From a virus, in the IMG/VR virus record IMGVR_UViG_3300022939_001737, positions 22,001 to 86,000 of that record: a DNA stretch of 64,000 nucleotides; one strand, 5' to 3'. Every line of letters starts with the position of its first letter. Position 1 is the stretch's first letter. Position numbers and translations under genes: made by a program. This document shows positions 9,580 through 19,202 of this stretch, in pieces. Below the pieces are notes generated by a model. That model did not search any database. It saw nothing but the letters and a program-made list of their open reading frames with translations, and was not told the DNA's origin.

Positions 9580-10635
9580 TTATTTTTTCTTAGCTTCTTT
9601 GTCTTTTATAGCTTTTTTCATTGGTTCTTTTTTATCGCCATCTTTGTCCATATCTAAAAAGTCAGGCTTTGCTTTCTTTTCAGCAAGTGCTTGCATTAAA
9701 GCTGCTTTAATTGACTCTACAGCCATTGCATTGTCGCCATCTTGTGCTTTAGCATATGCTTTCTTCTCACGGTTAATACCGCCGCTTAGATCTTTTGTCA
9801 TATGCTTGTGATCTTGATATTCTGGGTTTGGTTCATTTTCATAACCTTCGCCCATATTGTCCATATAATCTTCAATGTATTCTTGAGCTCGTGCCATTAC
9901 CATATCAAACTTATCACTGCCGCCATCTTGATCAGCCATAGCATCTGCCATTTCTCCAGCAGCATCTTCTGTATTACCTTGCTTTATTAACATACTTACT
10001 TTAGCAACATCAGGTTCGCCGTAGTACATCATATCTGTATCCATTTCATCTACAAACTTGGCAATCATCGACGCAACTTTAGGATCAGCATCTTCTTCAA
10101 TGTTGTCGGTCATTTTATCGCCAATAGCTGCGCCTGCTGCACCCGGTAATGCGCTACCTACAGCCGAACCTACTTTAGAACCTATTGCACTGCCTGCCAT
10201 TTTACCTGCCAAACCTTTGCCCATTGCGCCAGCAATTCCTGAACCTGCTTTAGCACCTAGTGCAGCACCTTTTGCTGCTAGTGCGCCTGTAGCACCTGTT
10301 GCTGCTCCTGCTGCGGAACCTAATGCGCCGCCTGCTAATGCACCCAGTACTCCTGCTTGTAGATCTTGATCGCCGTCTACGTCATCTTTTCCTGGAATTT
10401 TTGGATCGTCGTCCATTGCTGCACGGAACTTTTCAATGTCAGTACGCATTGGCATTGGCATATCTGCTGGTACTGGCTTTGGACCCATACCTGCGTGTCC
10501 TTGCATAGCGGCTATCATATCTGCAATCTCTGCGCCTGTTTCTGCACTAATTGAAATTGTTGCAGCTTCATTTAACTGCTCTTTTTTTGAATTTTCTATA
10601 TCAGTCATTTGCTGAATTAAGTTTTTCATATCCAT
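9580..10635 (-). CDS. Hypothetical protein with a Gly/Ala zipper; probable internal head protein
   Basis: Start at MDMKNL with a GGAGG SD. Contains EQLNE, a long GxxxG-rich tract and C-terminal DFLDMDKDGDKKE. Confidence 0.6.
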   Translation of the reverse strand: MDMKNLIQQMTDIENSKKEQLNEAATISISAETGAEIADMIAAMQGHAGMGPKPVPADMPMPMRTDIEKFRAAMDDDPKIPGKDDVDGDQDLQAGVLGALAGGALGSAAGAATGATGALAAKGAALGAKAGSGIAGAMGKGLAGKMAGSAIGSKVGSAVGSALPGAAGAAIGDKMTDNIEEDADPKVASMIAKFVDEMDTDMMYYGEPDVAKVSMLIKQGNTEDAAGEMADAMADQDGGSDKFDMVMARAQEYIEDYMDNMGEGYENEPNPEYQDHKHMTKDLSGGINREKKAYAKAQDGDNAMAVESIKAALMQALAEKKAKPDFLDMDKDGDKKEPMKKAIKDKEAKKK

Positions 10636-10639
10636 TGTG

Positions 10640-11197
10640 TTAACCTCCAACGACCGCTTTGCTGTTTTCTGTATCACCTATATCGCTTGATTCTCCTACA
10701 GGTGCACCTTCTGCTGCATCGTGGTCGCGTTCTTTGCGAGCAGTTTCTAATTCTTTTAATAAATCCATAACACGATTGCCGCCTACCGATTCTTGAGCAC
10801 TTTCTCCGCCCATATCTTCTTTATCTAACAAAGTTTCGTACGGAGCATCGTCTTTGGTTTCTTGGTATTCTTCTCTAGGATCGTTCATATTGCGCACAAT
10901 AATATAACTTTGATCTACTCCACAGCATTTTCCTAAATACTCTTGTAAAACTATCGGTGTAGTTGGATATTCTACAGTTGCTTCAAAATATGTCACTTCC
11001 ATATTTTGTAATTGCGGAAAATCTAATGGACGTTCTTGTATAGGCGTTTTTTTACCTGACGACATATTAGACAAGTTGTATTTTTTCAAAGCAGTTTCTA
11101 GCTTGTCAACACATTCAGGTGGACAGTCGCCAGCAATGCCTATTTTGAATTCGTAAGTCTTTTTAGACTCTGTAAGTATTTCTGTAAATGATCTCAT
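10640..11197 (-). CDS. Hypothetical virion-associated protein
   Basis: MRSFTEILTES N-terminus resembles protease-processed T4-like head proteins. Late promoter at 11224-11230. Confidence 0.6.
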   Translation of the reverse strand: MRSFTEILTESKKTYEFKIGIAGDCPPECVDKLETALKKYNLSNMSSGKKTPIQERPLDFPQLQNMEVTYFEATVEYPTTPIVLQEYLGKCCGVDQSYIIVRNMNDPREEYQETKDDAPYETLLDKEDMGGESAQESVGGNRVMDLLKELETARKERDHDAAEGAPVGESSDIGDTENSKAVVGG

Positions 11198-11215
11198 TGC
11201 GCAATGATCCTTTGT

Positions 11216-12058
11216 TTATATATTATTTATCATTATTTGACTAGATTGTTCTTCTCTTCGAAGCCATTCCATTATTCTATTCATTAGGTCAAAATAGTCG
11301 TTATTTTCTTGTGCATTTTTAAATTTAAACACTTCATAAATGTTTTCTAAAAGAAATATGTTATACCATCCAGATGTCATTCTTGTTAAAAAATCTTGTG
11401 CTGCATATACAAAAGCAGTTCTAGAATCATTTTCTCGATAGTGCCTTTCGCAAGCTAGAACAGATATTTCTTCTATAAAAGTATTAATTTGTTCTTGTTT
11501 AGATAAGAGATCGAATTTATCTTTACTTACTTTAACAGTGACATCGTTATCTAATATTTTCGAAAAGGCTGGCTTGTCACTTAGTTTTAACAAATCGTGT
11601 AGTTCGTCGTGGTTTACAAATCTTTGCACATTACTGTTGAAGAAAATTTCCGGAGGTTGATTCATATCCATTTTTTCTCTAAAACCTGCATATCGTATTT
11701 TCCAGTATTTGCGCAGATGTTCAATCTTTACAACATCGTGTTTTGCACCTTTTTGTTGCAAAAAAATGATATCATTAATTGCCTTATCTAGATTATAATT
11801 ATACATTGCGTGTGACATACGTACACTCAACATTCCATCTGGTGATAATATATAATCCTGTATGTCATCTTCAAACGCTTTATAAAAATGCGCTTCTTCT
11901 TCCCATACTATTTCTTCAATCAAATTATTTTTGTTTATTTTGTTTATAATATTTTTATTGTATAAATTATTATCATACACAACAATATCAATATCAACTG
12001 GTTCCCGAAAATAATCTGGAAACCAATGCTTCATAGCAAAGGATCCGTATATAAACAT
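11216..12058 (-). CDS. Putative nucleotidyltransferase (Pol-beta-like GS...DxD)
   Basis: N-terminal IYGS...REPVDIDIVV motif and a C-terminal HDELH domain. Noticeably more AT-rich than its neighbours. Confidence 0.55.
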   Translation of the reverse strand: MFIYGSFAMKHWFPDYFREPVDIDIVVYDNNLYNKNIINKINKNNLIEEIVWEEEAHFYKAFEDDIQDYILSPDGMLSVRMSHAMYNYNLDKAINDIIFLQQKGAKHDVVKIEHLRKYWKIRYAGFREKMDMNQPPEIFFNSNVQRFVNHDELHDLLKLSDKPAFSKILDNDVTVKVSKDKFDLLSKQEQINTFIEEISVLACERHYRENDSRTAFVYAAQDFLTRMTSGWYNIFLLENIYEVFKFKNAQENNDYFDLMNRIMEWLRREEQSSQIMINNI

Positions 12059-12570
12059 TATTTTCCTTTATCTAAACCTTTTAATTTTTCTAAAAGACTG
12101 TTTCTATCTGTTACAACGTAACCTTCGCCATTTACAATATCGCCAGCGACTGCATTACCATCTTTGTCCTGCTTTTCTTTTTTAAGTTGTAATTCAACCA
12201 TCTTAAGTTTTTTATCTAGTTTTGCAACTTTGGCGTCTAGTGATGTTTTTAACATTCCGCCTGCAACTTCAAATACTCTGCCGCTGTAACGACTTTCAAC
12301 ATTCATACCTAAGTCCATTAGATCTTCGTATGCACTCATTGCTTTATCAGCAACTTCGTTAAGTTCTTTGTCAGCCATTTCGCCTAGGCCTTTGACTTGT
12401 GGTAACGCTGCTGTTATTTTATCAAACTCGGCTATTTCACGAAAAGTTTCTTCTCTTTCTATTTCGTGTTTTGTTTGCTCTGCTTCTTGAGCTTCTGCTT
12501 GTTCTATTATTTCTTTAGAATCGGGCAAGTTTAATAAATCTTCTAACTTTTTTGTCATTGTAGCTTCCAT
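12058..12570 (-). CDS. Putative terminase small subunit-like helical protein
   Basis: RVFEVAG.MLK...KL coiled segment resembles gp16-like small subunits of T4-like phages. True start may be MTKKLE. Confidence 0.45.
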   Translation of the reverse strand: MEATMTKKLEDLLNLPDSKEIIEQAEAQEAEQTKHEIEREETFREIAEFDKITAALPQVKGLGEMADKELNEVADKAMSAYEDLMDLGMNVESRYSGRVFEVAGGMLKTSLDAKVAKLDKKLKMVELQLKKEKQDKDGNAVAGDIVNGEGYVVTDRNSLLEKLKGLDKGK

Positions 12571-12586
12571 TATATGCTAGTATTAT

Positions 12587-13024
12587 TTATCGTCTTTTAC
12601 CATTATGGAATATGTCTTGTTCGGTCACTATACGAAAATATATACCTTTTTGTTTGCACCAGGCTCTAGCAGCTTCCCATTTTGCTTGATTGACGACATA
12701 ATGTGCTTGATTAGCTCTTGAACGACCTAGCTTTTCCTTTAGTGCTTGATTGCTAGGCTTTACTTCAATTAATTCTACACGTTTTTTGCCGCCTTTGTCT
12801 GCATAAACAATAAAAAAGTCAGGAACATATATCGTGTGTTTGCCACTCAAAGGATTTCTATAAGGAATACGAACTGCTTCACTAGCCCATTGTGATACAT
12901 TAGGATGTTCATCACAAAATTTCATAAAAGTAAATTCCCAACCTGACCTATATGTTGGCGTTTTATTTCCTACATATTTTTCAGGGTTTTTGAGATTGAA
13001 TTTACCTTGTGCAAAATGTGCCAT
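12587..13024 (-). CDS. gp4-like head completion nuclease (TnsA-like PD-(D/E)xK)
   Basis: NP.KY.G, YRS.WE..FM..CD, WASE, Y.PDF, IEVKP, N.AKW.AA..WC and F.I.TE motifs. Confidence 0.9.
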   Translation of the reverse strand: MAHFAQGKFNLKNPEKYVGNKTPTYRSGWEFTFMKFCDEHPNVSQWASEAVRIPYRNPLSGKHTIYVPDFFIVYADKGGKKRVELIEVKPSNQALKEKLGRSRANQAHYVVNQAKWEAARAWCKQKGIYFRIVTEQDIFHNGKRR

Positions 13025-13398
13025 TATACAATAATTTGACGTTGTTCAAATAACTGTGTTTTTTCAGGAACTCTATAACCTAGTGTGCTTACCTTACTGC
13101 GGTTGATGTTGAGTATTTGTGCAACAATATTGCTAAGTTGAACGTCATTAACTCCCTTTAATGTGTCTATTAATTTAAAAACAGTTATTTGGTCAATATC
13201 TGCTTGCTGTAAAAGAACACTAGCTGTATTTACAGCAGCAATTTTATCGAATCCTCGCTTGAGAAAATAACCAATTACGGCGTCAACTTCTGATGCATTG
13301 TAATTTATTTCTCTATTGTAGTAATTATCAAAAAACTTTTTTGTTAATTCTTGTGTAACCTTTTTTGGATTATCTGAGAAACTATTTGAATCTGCCAT
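13024..13398 (-). CDS. Hypothetical protein
   Basis: 124-aa ORF translationally coupled on both sides. Confidence 0.65.
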   Translation of the reverse strand: MADSNSFSDNPKKVTQELTKKFFDNYYNREINYNASEVDAVIGYFLKRGFDKIAAVNTASVLLQQADIDQITVFKLIDTLKGVNDVQLSNIVAQILNINRSKVSTLGYRVPEKTQLFEQRQIIV

Positions 13399-14618
13399 TA
13401 TACATTAAATCCTTTTGTTGCGTTCACTGCATTTTTTGCAAAGTTTGCTAATTTAACATCATTTGGTATACGATTAATTAAACCATCAGTAATATCTTGT
13501 TGACCAGATGTAGACAAATTTGAATATTGGATAATATCAATTCCTGGCACAGCCCCTGTGTTGATTGCCTGTGCTACAAAGCCTGATCTTGCTACTGGAT
13601 CTGTAGTCAAATTTTCTATTACCGACTGTGTATTGATTACAGTTGATCCTGTGCTTAATTGGCTGGTATCTACCGTTTGAGATTGTAGTGGTACAATTAT
13701 TTGCTCTAGTACACCTGTTTGTGGCGCTTCATTTATATTACTTTGTGGTATTGTTGATGCAGTATTAGCTGCTCTAGCTATCAAACCGTAAGGTGTATTA
13801 GTATTTGTATTCAAAAGGTTAGGAGATAAATTATATCTTTCAAATATACTTTCATCTCTATATCCTATAGGGCTAGGTACATTATCATAACGTGTTTCGT
13901 CTGAAGTAAAGTGTGTAGGTTCACCACTATCGCCTATTCTCCCTTTGTCGTAAAGAACCGATTCATATGCAACTGTCATAGTATTCTCTACTACTCCAGA
14001 TCCGTCTCCATACTCTAAATCACCGTGTTGCCAAGCAGACAATAACGGATTAACTAGAGTATAACTAAACCATTCTTGTCTACTAAGTTGATATATCTTT
14101 ATAAAATCAAAAAATGGAATTTCTTTTGACGGATCGGATTTTTTTACGTTCAAACCATATGAAGGAACCTTTTCTGCATACTTGTCTCTTGGATTAAATG
14201 CGCCGCCTGCATTTATATTTTGGCTCCCGTCTACAAAATACCATTTGTAGTATTCTTCTAACATTGCTCGTGTGGCGCCTAAATTATCATCGTGTAAAGT
14301 AATTCTTACATCTTGATAATCTATCCTAGTTTGTACATTCTTTTTTCTATTATATTGTTGTTTATTTTCTATGCTTGCTCTAAAGCTAGGAAGGTCTACT
14401 TGTTTTGCAAGTACTCCGATCTCCTTTATAAACTTCATAGTATTGAATTGTGTAAAATCAAACAAAGCACTGCTAGGTTGAAAAACCACGTGATAAAGAA
14501 ACTTTTGTTTAGGAGCAAAAGCGTGGCCGTATTCTGTAAACAATTGGTGAGCGTGTCTTGCATCACGTAAATGCACATCAAGGTTTACATTTATTAGATA
14601 TGGATCTATTGTACTCAT
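13398..14618 (-). CDS. Tail tube-like / baseplate-tail tube junction protein
   Basis: Tube-fold pattern (VDLPSF, I.YQDV.ITLHDD, YTLVNP, MTVAYE); adjacent to the tail tube gene. Confidence 0.6.
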   Translation of the reverse strand: MSTIDPYLINVNLDVHLRDARHAHQLFTEYGHAFAPKQKFLYHVVFQPSSALFDFTQFNTMKFIKEIGVLAKQVDLPSFRASIENKQQYNRKKNVQTRIDYQDVRITLHDDNLGATRAMLEEYYKWYFVDGSQNINAGGAFNPRDKYAEKVPSYGLNVKKSDPSKEIPFFDFIKIYQLSRQEWFSYTLVNPLLSAWQHGDLEYGDGSGVVENTMTVAYESVLYDKGRIGDSGEPTHFTSDETRYDNVPSPIGYRDESIFERYNLSPNLLNTNTNTPYGLIARAANTASTIPQSNINEAPQTGVLEQIIVPLQSQTVDTSQLSTGSTVINTQSVIENLTTDPVARSGFVAQAINTGAVPGIDIIQYSNLSTSGQQDITDGLINRIPNDVKLANFAKNAVNATKGFNV

Positions 14619-14653
14619 ACTAATATTTATCCTATGAAAATATGTGCGTATAT

Positions 14654-14686
14654 AAAAAAAGCGAGGACTGAATAAACAATCCCCGC
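14654..14686 (-). terminator. Intrinsic terminator after tail tube
   Basis: GCGGGGA...TCCTCGC stem followed by T7 on the minus strand. Confidence 0.6.
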
Positions 14687-14714
14687 CTTATTAAACGCCA
14701 ATCTATAGTATGTA

Positions 14715-15359
14715 TTAGCCAGTAACTGTTGTACCACCAGTGCCGCCAGCTAAAATTCTAGCTGTAGGCTCGCCGATGCCATTAAAGTCTTCATCTGCGC
14801 CGAACTGGATAGCATTGTCATAACGAATACTTAATGTAGTAGTAACTGGATCGTTAGTTGCATATGCTAGTGTGTTATAGTTTGCAGATTCAATGTAGCA
14901 ACCTACAAGATGGAATCTGTCAATAACATTTGCACCAGTTGCACCATTACCGCCGTCTAGTATTTCTATTCTTGTTTGGAATTTGTATGTACCTGAACTT
15001 ACTGCACTTGACTGTTCAAAGAAATCAAACTGTCTCTGAAGCTGCTGACCAACAATTTTTTGTACATTGTTGTTGGCATCTTCGCGCATTGTAAGTGTTA
15101 CAGGATCCCAAGTGTGCTTACCGGCAAGATATGTTCTTGAATTGTAAGCATCAATTGTAATTTGATCAAATGTTAAGTTTGGACGAGTTACGTCAACTAC
15201 TTGTCTTGAAATTTCTCTAGTACCATCAGCGCCGCCGGTTGTTCCAAAATTATCAAGGAAAACACGGAAACGATATTGTAGCTTAGGCATTAGTAGTGAA
15301 CTATTAGAACCTGCGCCTTCTGTTGGTATCGAAATATTTGTTAAAGTTGTGATTGGCAT
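14715..15359 (-). CDS. Tail tube protein (gp19-like)
   Basis: PKLQYRFRV, V.RP.L.F, YLAGK.TW..VTLT.R.D and L.IRYD motifs; directly downstream of the sheath gene. Own late promoter (15380-15387) and AGGAG SD. Confidence 0.85.
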   Translation of the reverse strand: MPITTLTNISIPTEGAGSNSSLLMPKLQYRFRVFLDNFGTTGGADGTREISRQVVDVTRPNLTFDQITIDAYNSRTYLAGKHTWDPVTLTMREDANNNVQKIVGQQLQRQFDFFEQSSAVSSGTYKFQTRIEILDGGNGATGANVIDRFHLVGCYIESANYNTLAYATNDPVTTTLSIRYDNAIQFGADEDFNGIGEPTARILAGGTGGTTVTG

Positions 15360-15393
15360 TCTTTATCTCCTATACATAGTATTTATACACATT

Positions 15394-15417
15394 TGAGTAG
15401 GGGCAATCCCCTACTCA
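15394..15417. other. Perfect hairpin between sheath and tube genes
   Basis: TGAGTAGGGG-CAAT-CCCCTACTCA; possible terminator or processing stem. Confidence 0.55.
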
Positions 15418-15430
15418 TTATATGCGTATA

Positions 15431-18400
15431 TTATCCTAGTGCCGCTATTTCACCTGTGTTTTTAATTCTTAATGGAATGTAAATAAATTCAATAGCCTTA
15501 ACTGGTTCAATAGCTATGTCTAACCAAAGCTCATTTCTATCAATTCTTGCTGGCGTATTGTTTGATTCATCACAAACTACTAAGAAGTCATATAGTGCTC
15601 TTAAACCTACAAGTTCTAGTAACAGAGCATCTGCTGCTGCTTTAACTTGATCACGTGTGATCTTATCGTTTGGTTCAAACAAGTAAGGTCTTGCTAGTAG
15701 CTCTAGTTGTCCACGTAAGTAAACAATCAAACGTGCTACGTTTACACGATCTAGCGCACTTGCATTTCTTGCACGAGTTTTCTGACCAAACACAACTAAA
15801 CCAGCACCACTTATAAACGTAATTGGGTTTATATTGTTGCTGTATAGTGTATCACGTTGTCCAGTGTTTAATGCAACACTTACAAATTCACCTTCGCTGT
15901 TAATGTAGCCTGAGCTTGTAGCGTTTGTAACACCGCCACGTCTTGTACCTGCTGGAGCAAACCAGGGGAACGCAACTTGGTCATTTAGTATGATTGTTCT
16001 TAGTGCCATATGGCTTGGAGGAACAACAACATTGTTACCTGCATTATCACTTGTAAAGCCCCAAGGATAATACATTGCCATATATTCATCACGGCTTACT
16101 GCACCATCATCGTTATCTTCAACTGCTAGGTTAACGTTAGTTGCCCATTCGTTTAGTGATGTAGCATCAGGCGTCAATCTTGCTGGTGTATCACCTACAA
16201 CAAACGCTGTTAATCTGCGATCGTAGTTTAGAGTGATCATTTCACCTATTAGTTCTGGATAACCAGGTGTAGCAATTAAGTTAAACTGACGTGATTCTTC
16301 GTCACGTATTTCTTGGTTGCTATTGACTGTTGCCTGTAGGCCTTGAACAACTGACTTACGTTGTGCAAAACGTCCAAATGTGCCTGAACCGTCATCATTG
16401 TTTCCGGAATCAGTTACCCATCTGTGTGGGTAGTATGCTTCCATAGACTGATCTTCAAGGTCACCACTATTTCCAACAACCTGGAATCTTCCATTGTCTG
16501 CACTTGTATCAATGTAATTACGCTCAAAACGCTTTACATTGAATCCGCTTCTACGTGTGTTCCATAGCAGCATACCTTCTGGGTAAAGTGCTGGATCTGG
16601 AGCATCTGGATCTAAGTAATCACTGACTAGTAGTTCATCAATATCAGCTGCTGCTGAGTTGGAACCTGCATCTGACCAACGTGCATCTGAAAATAGTATT
16701 CCATTTTCTGTTGTTTGATCAGTTTTATCAATTAGAACCCATTGTAGTAAAGTCGCATTCCAACGGTATACATTGCCGTATTCTTCAATATCTGCTGTGC
16801 TTATCCAAAGATCGCCTTCAACAAGCGAGCTCACATCGTCTGTTTGGGTAGTAGGCGCAGTAGCACTTACAATTGGACCAGTAGCATTTGTGTCTGGATA
16901 CACATTAAGGTATCCTCTCCAGCCGCCGCTGCCGTCGTGTACTAGCATATCAACTTCGTCAACTACAGAGCTATACCATAGTTCGCCATCTGCTGTTAGG
17001 CTTGCAGGCGCATCGTCGCTTGCTGTTGCTTCTAGCGGCTTCCAGTTTGAAAATACTAAATCATTTGCTGAATCGCCTGTAGGAGCAGTGTAAACATTTG
17101 CTTTTTTATTGTTGCCTGTTGCAACAAATCCTGCTAGACCTAGCAATCCGTCTGTATCAGCTGCTCTAATATCGCCACCTAATTTATGTTGGATGCTTAC
17201 TTTGTTTGAAGCGTCAACCAAAGCGACAATGTTAGTAAATCCTGCTGCATTAATTGCTGCTGCTAGTTTATCTGCATCTGTACTTGCACCTAGTGTAATA
17301 AGTGTTATTGTTTTAGATGATCTTGTTAGACTTCCTGCTGTGGTTTCTTCTAAAGTAAATGAGTAAGTACCTGCTGTTAGATTAGTTGTGATTTTGTCAC
17401 CTGTAACAACTGTTGCGCCGTTTGCTACTCTTTCATTTACTTGGAAATCTACTACTATAGGATTAGTTTCATTAATATTTGCATTTACATACAAATCTCC
17501 AGCTAGTAGATTTGACCCACCGCCGGCTTTATCTAAACCAAACAGTGCTGCTTCTGGTGATGCATACATCGGAGCATCAACGCTTGCCCATAATTGTGTA
17601 TCACTGTTATACTTTTTAACACTGAAATCTGCACCGCCGTTTGGTTGTGTAGTTTTAATCCACAATGAACCTGTAGGTGCTTCAGCTGTTCCGCCATCTT
17701 TGTAAGCAGGAACACTTGTATGAGGAGCAATTGTAATTTTAGGTGCAGCATATGTACCTGTAATAATACCTAGTGCGCCGCCATCTTCTGAAGCAGTGTT
17801 TTCATCACCAACTAGTGCTCCGTCACCTGTTTCGATTACAACATCTACTCCGGTAGAATATATTTCTAATGCGCTATCAACTGCTGCTGCTGTTACACCT
17901 GCGATTCCTCTTGCATTAATGTCTGTAGCAAGCTGTGTAATTGTTGTACCAGTTGCAGTTACTTCTAAACCATTAATTATAATAGTATCGCTGAGTGCAA
18001 TTGAAACTGGAGTTTTTGTACCTCTTACAACTGGCCAACTTGCTGACCATTGTGTAGATCCTACTCTTACCCAGTCACCTGCAGATCCTGCATTTGCAGT
18101 TCTTCCTGGTGTTTTATAAAACACTCTAAATTCAGTAGCAACGTCACCTGCATCAATTGTACCGTCTATAGCATAATCGCCTATTTGACCAATTGATGTT
18201 TTTGGTGCTGATGTATTTGAATCAATATCAGATGATTCAACTAAAACTGTTCTTGGTACTACAGAAAATGACTGTCCGCCTGTTGAAGTAACAGGTGCAC
18301 CGTTCCATTCTAAGATACCAAAGCTAGTTGTTTGAGTGTCTATCCAAGCTGCACCATTTGCTGGCTCGCCGCCAGGTGCATCTGATTTTGCTGTTAGTTT

Positions 18401-18751
18401 TGCTAAGTCTAAATCAGCTCTTACAACGTATGCTCTATTAGATACGCCCAAAACTGAATAAGCTGCTTGTAGTCCGTACTCATTTAATTCACCTCCGTGA
18501 ATCATATTGCCGTTTGCATCTGAGTAAAATAACGGATCTCCAAATGTTTCACCAAGCTCTCTTTGGCTGGTGATTAAATATGGTTTACCAGCGTTTGCTT
18601 TGGTTGTACCTGCTGCAATTCCTGCGCCACTGCTTGAAGTTTTATTCGTAGCAGTTGCAACAAAAATCATAGGTACCGTACCAGCTGCGGCCGGAGTGTA
18701 GAATGATTCGTCAATTACATTGACTTCTACGCCTGGTGATACTAATGCCAT
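15431..18751 (-). CDS. Tail sheath protein (gp18-like) with large insertion domains
   Basis: MALVSPGV.V..IDES start; C-terminal YYPW, PPS, WFAPAG..RG, INPI, GQKT, ALDRVNVARL, FEPND, V.CDESNN and IEP.KA.EFI. Confidence 0.95.
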   Translation of the reverse strand: MALVSPGVEVNVIDESFYTPAAAGTVPMIFVATATNKTSSSGAGIAAGTTKANAGKPYLITSQRELGETFGDPLFYSDANGNMIHGGELNEYGLQAAYSVLGVSNRAYVVRADLDLAKLTAKSDAPGGEPANGAAWIDTQTTSFGILEWNGAPVTSTGGQSFSVVPRTVLVESSDIDSNTSAPKTSIGQIGDYAIDGTIDAGDVATEFRVFYKTPGRTANAGSAGDWVRVGSTQWSASWPVVRGTKTPVSIALSDTIIINGLEVTATGTTITQLATDINARGIAGVTAAAVDSALEIYSTGVDVVIETGDGALVGDENTASEDGGALGIITGTYAAPKITIAPHTSVPAYKDGGTAEAPTGSLWIKTTQPNGGADFSVKKYNSDTQLWASVDAPMYASPEAALFGLDKAGGGSNLLAGDLYVNANINETNPIVVDFQVNERVANGATVVTGDKITTNLTAGTYSFTLEETTAGSLTRSSKTITLITLGASTDADKLAAAINAAGFTNIVALVDASNKVSIQHKLGGDIRAADTDGLLGLAGFVATGNNKKANVYTAPTGDSANDLVFSNWKPLEATASDDAPASLTADGELWYSSVVDEVDMLVHDGSGGWRGYLNVYPDTNATGPIVSATAPTTQTDDVSSLVEGDLWISTADIEEYGNVYRWNATLLQWVLIDKTDQTTENGILFSDARWSDAGSNSAAADIDELLVSDYLDPDAPDPALYPEGMLLWNTRRSGFNVKRFERNYIDTSADNGRFQVVGNSGDLEDQSMEAYYPHRWVTDSGNNDDGSGTFGRFAQRKSVVQGLQATVNSNQEIRDEESRQFNLIATPGYPELIGEMITLNYDRRLTAFVVGDTPARLTPDATSLNEWATNVNLAVEDNDDGAVSRDEYMAMYYPWGFTSDNAGNNVVVPPSHMALRTIILNDQVAFPWFAPAGTRRGGVTNATSSGYINSEGEFVSVALNTGQRDTLYSNNINPITFISGAGLVVFGQKTRARNASALDRVNVARLIVYLRGQLELLARPYLFEPNDKITRDQVKAAADALLLELVGLRALYDFLVVCDESNNTPARIDRNELWLDIAIEPVKAIEFIYIPLRIKNTGEIAALG

Positions 18752-18866
18752 TTTCTTTTCTCCTATCAAAATGATATTGTTCTATATGTTGTATTTAGTA
18801 ATTTGCAAACATTTCACCAGGTAATTGCACCAAAAAAAGGGACCGAAAAGGTGAGGTAAATACAAT

Positions 18867-19202
18867 ATGAGGCCATTATGCAAATGCGGACAACGTCCTG
18901 CTGCAATAAATTACAAAAAAGATAATAAAACATATTATCGCAGTCTTTGCGAAACTTGCTTACGTAAGGGAATAGGTCACGGCATACCAAAATGGCAGCA
19001 ACGAGGTTATGAAAAAAAAGATACTTGTGAAAAATGCGGACACACAAGTAAACACCAAGAACAGTTTAATGTATATCATATAGACGGAGATTTAAATAAT
19101 TGCCGTCCTAATAATTTAAAAACAATATGTGCTAATTGTCAAAGGGTAATGCAAAAAGAAGGTTCACGTTGGAAGCAGGGAGACCTTACGCCCGACTTTT
19201 AG
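18867..19202 (+). CDS. Small Zn-finger/HNH-like protein
   Basis: CxC, CxxC, CxxCG, HIDG...NN...NL.TICANC; overlaps the 3' end of the convergent kinase gene. Confidence 0.75.
   Translation: MRPLCKCGQRPAAINYKKDNKTYYRSLCETCLRKGIGHGIPKWQQRGYEKKDTCEKCGHTSKHQEQFNVYHIDGDLNNCRPNNLKTICANCQRVMQKEGSRWKQGDLTPDF

Noticed and set aside
12587-13024. TnsA-like nuclease as evidence of a Tn7 transposon
   Set aside because: Sequence and context match the T4 gp4 head-completion protein; no tnsB/C or terminal repeats are present.
18867-19202. HNH as a mobile homing endonuclease or intron
   Set aside because: It is free-standing and small, and the neighbouring genes are intact. No intron or intein was seen in terL, uvsX or the capsid gene.
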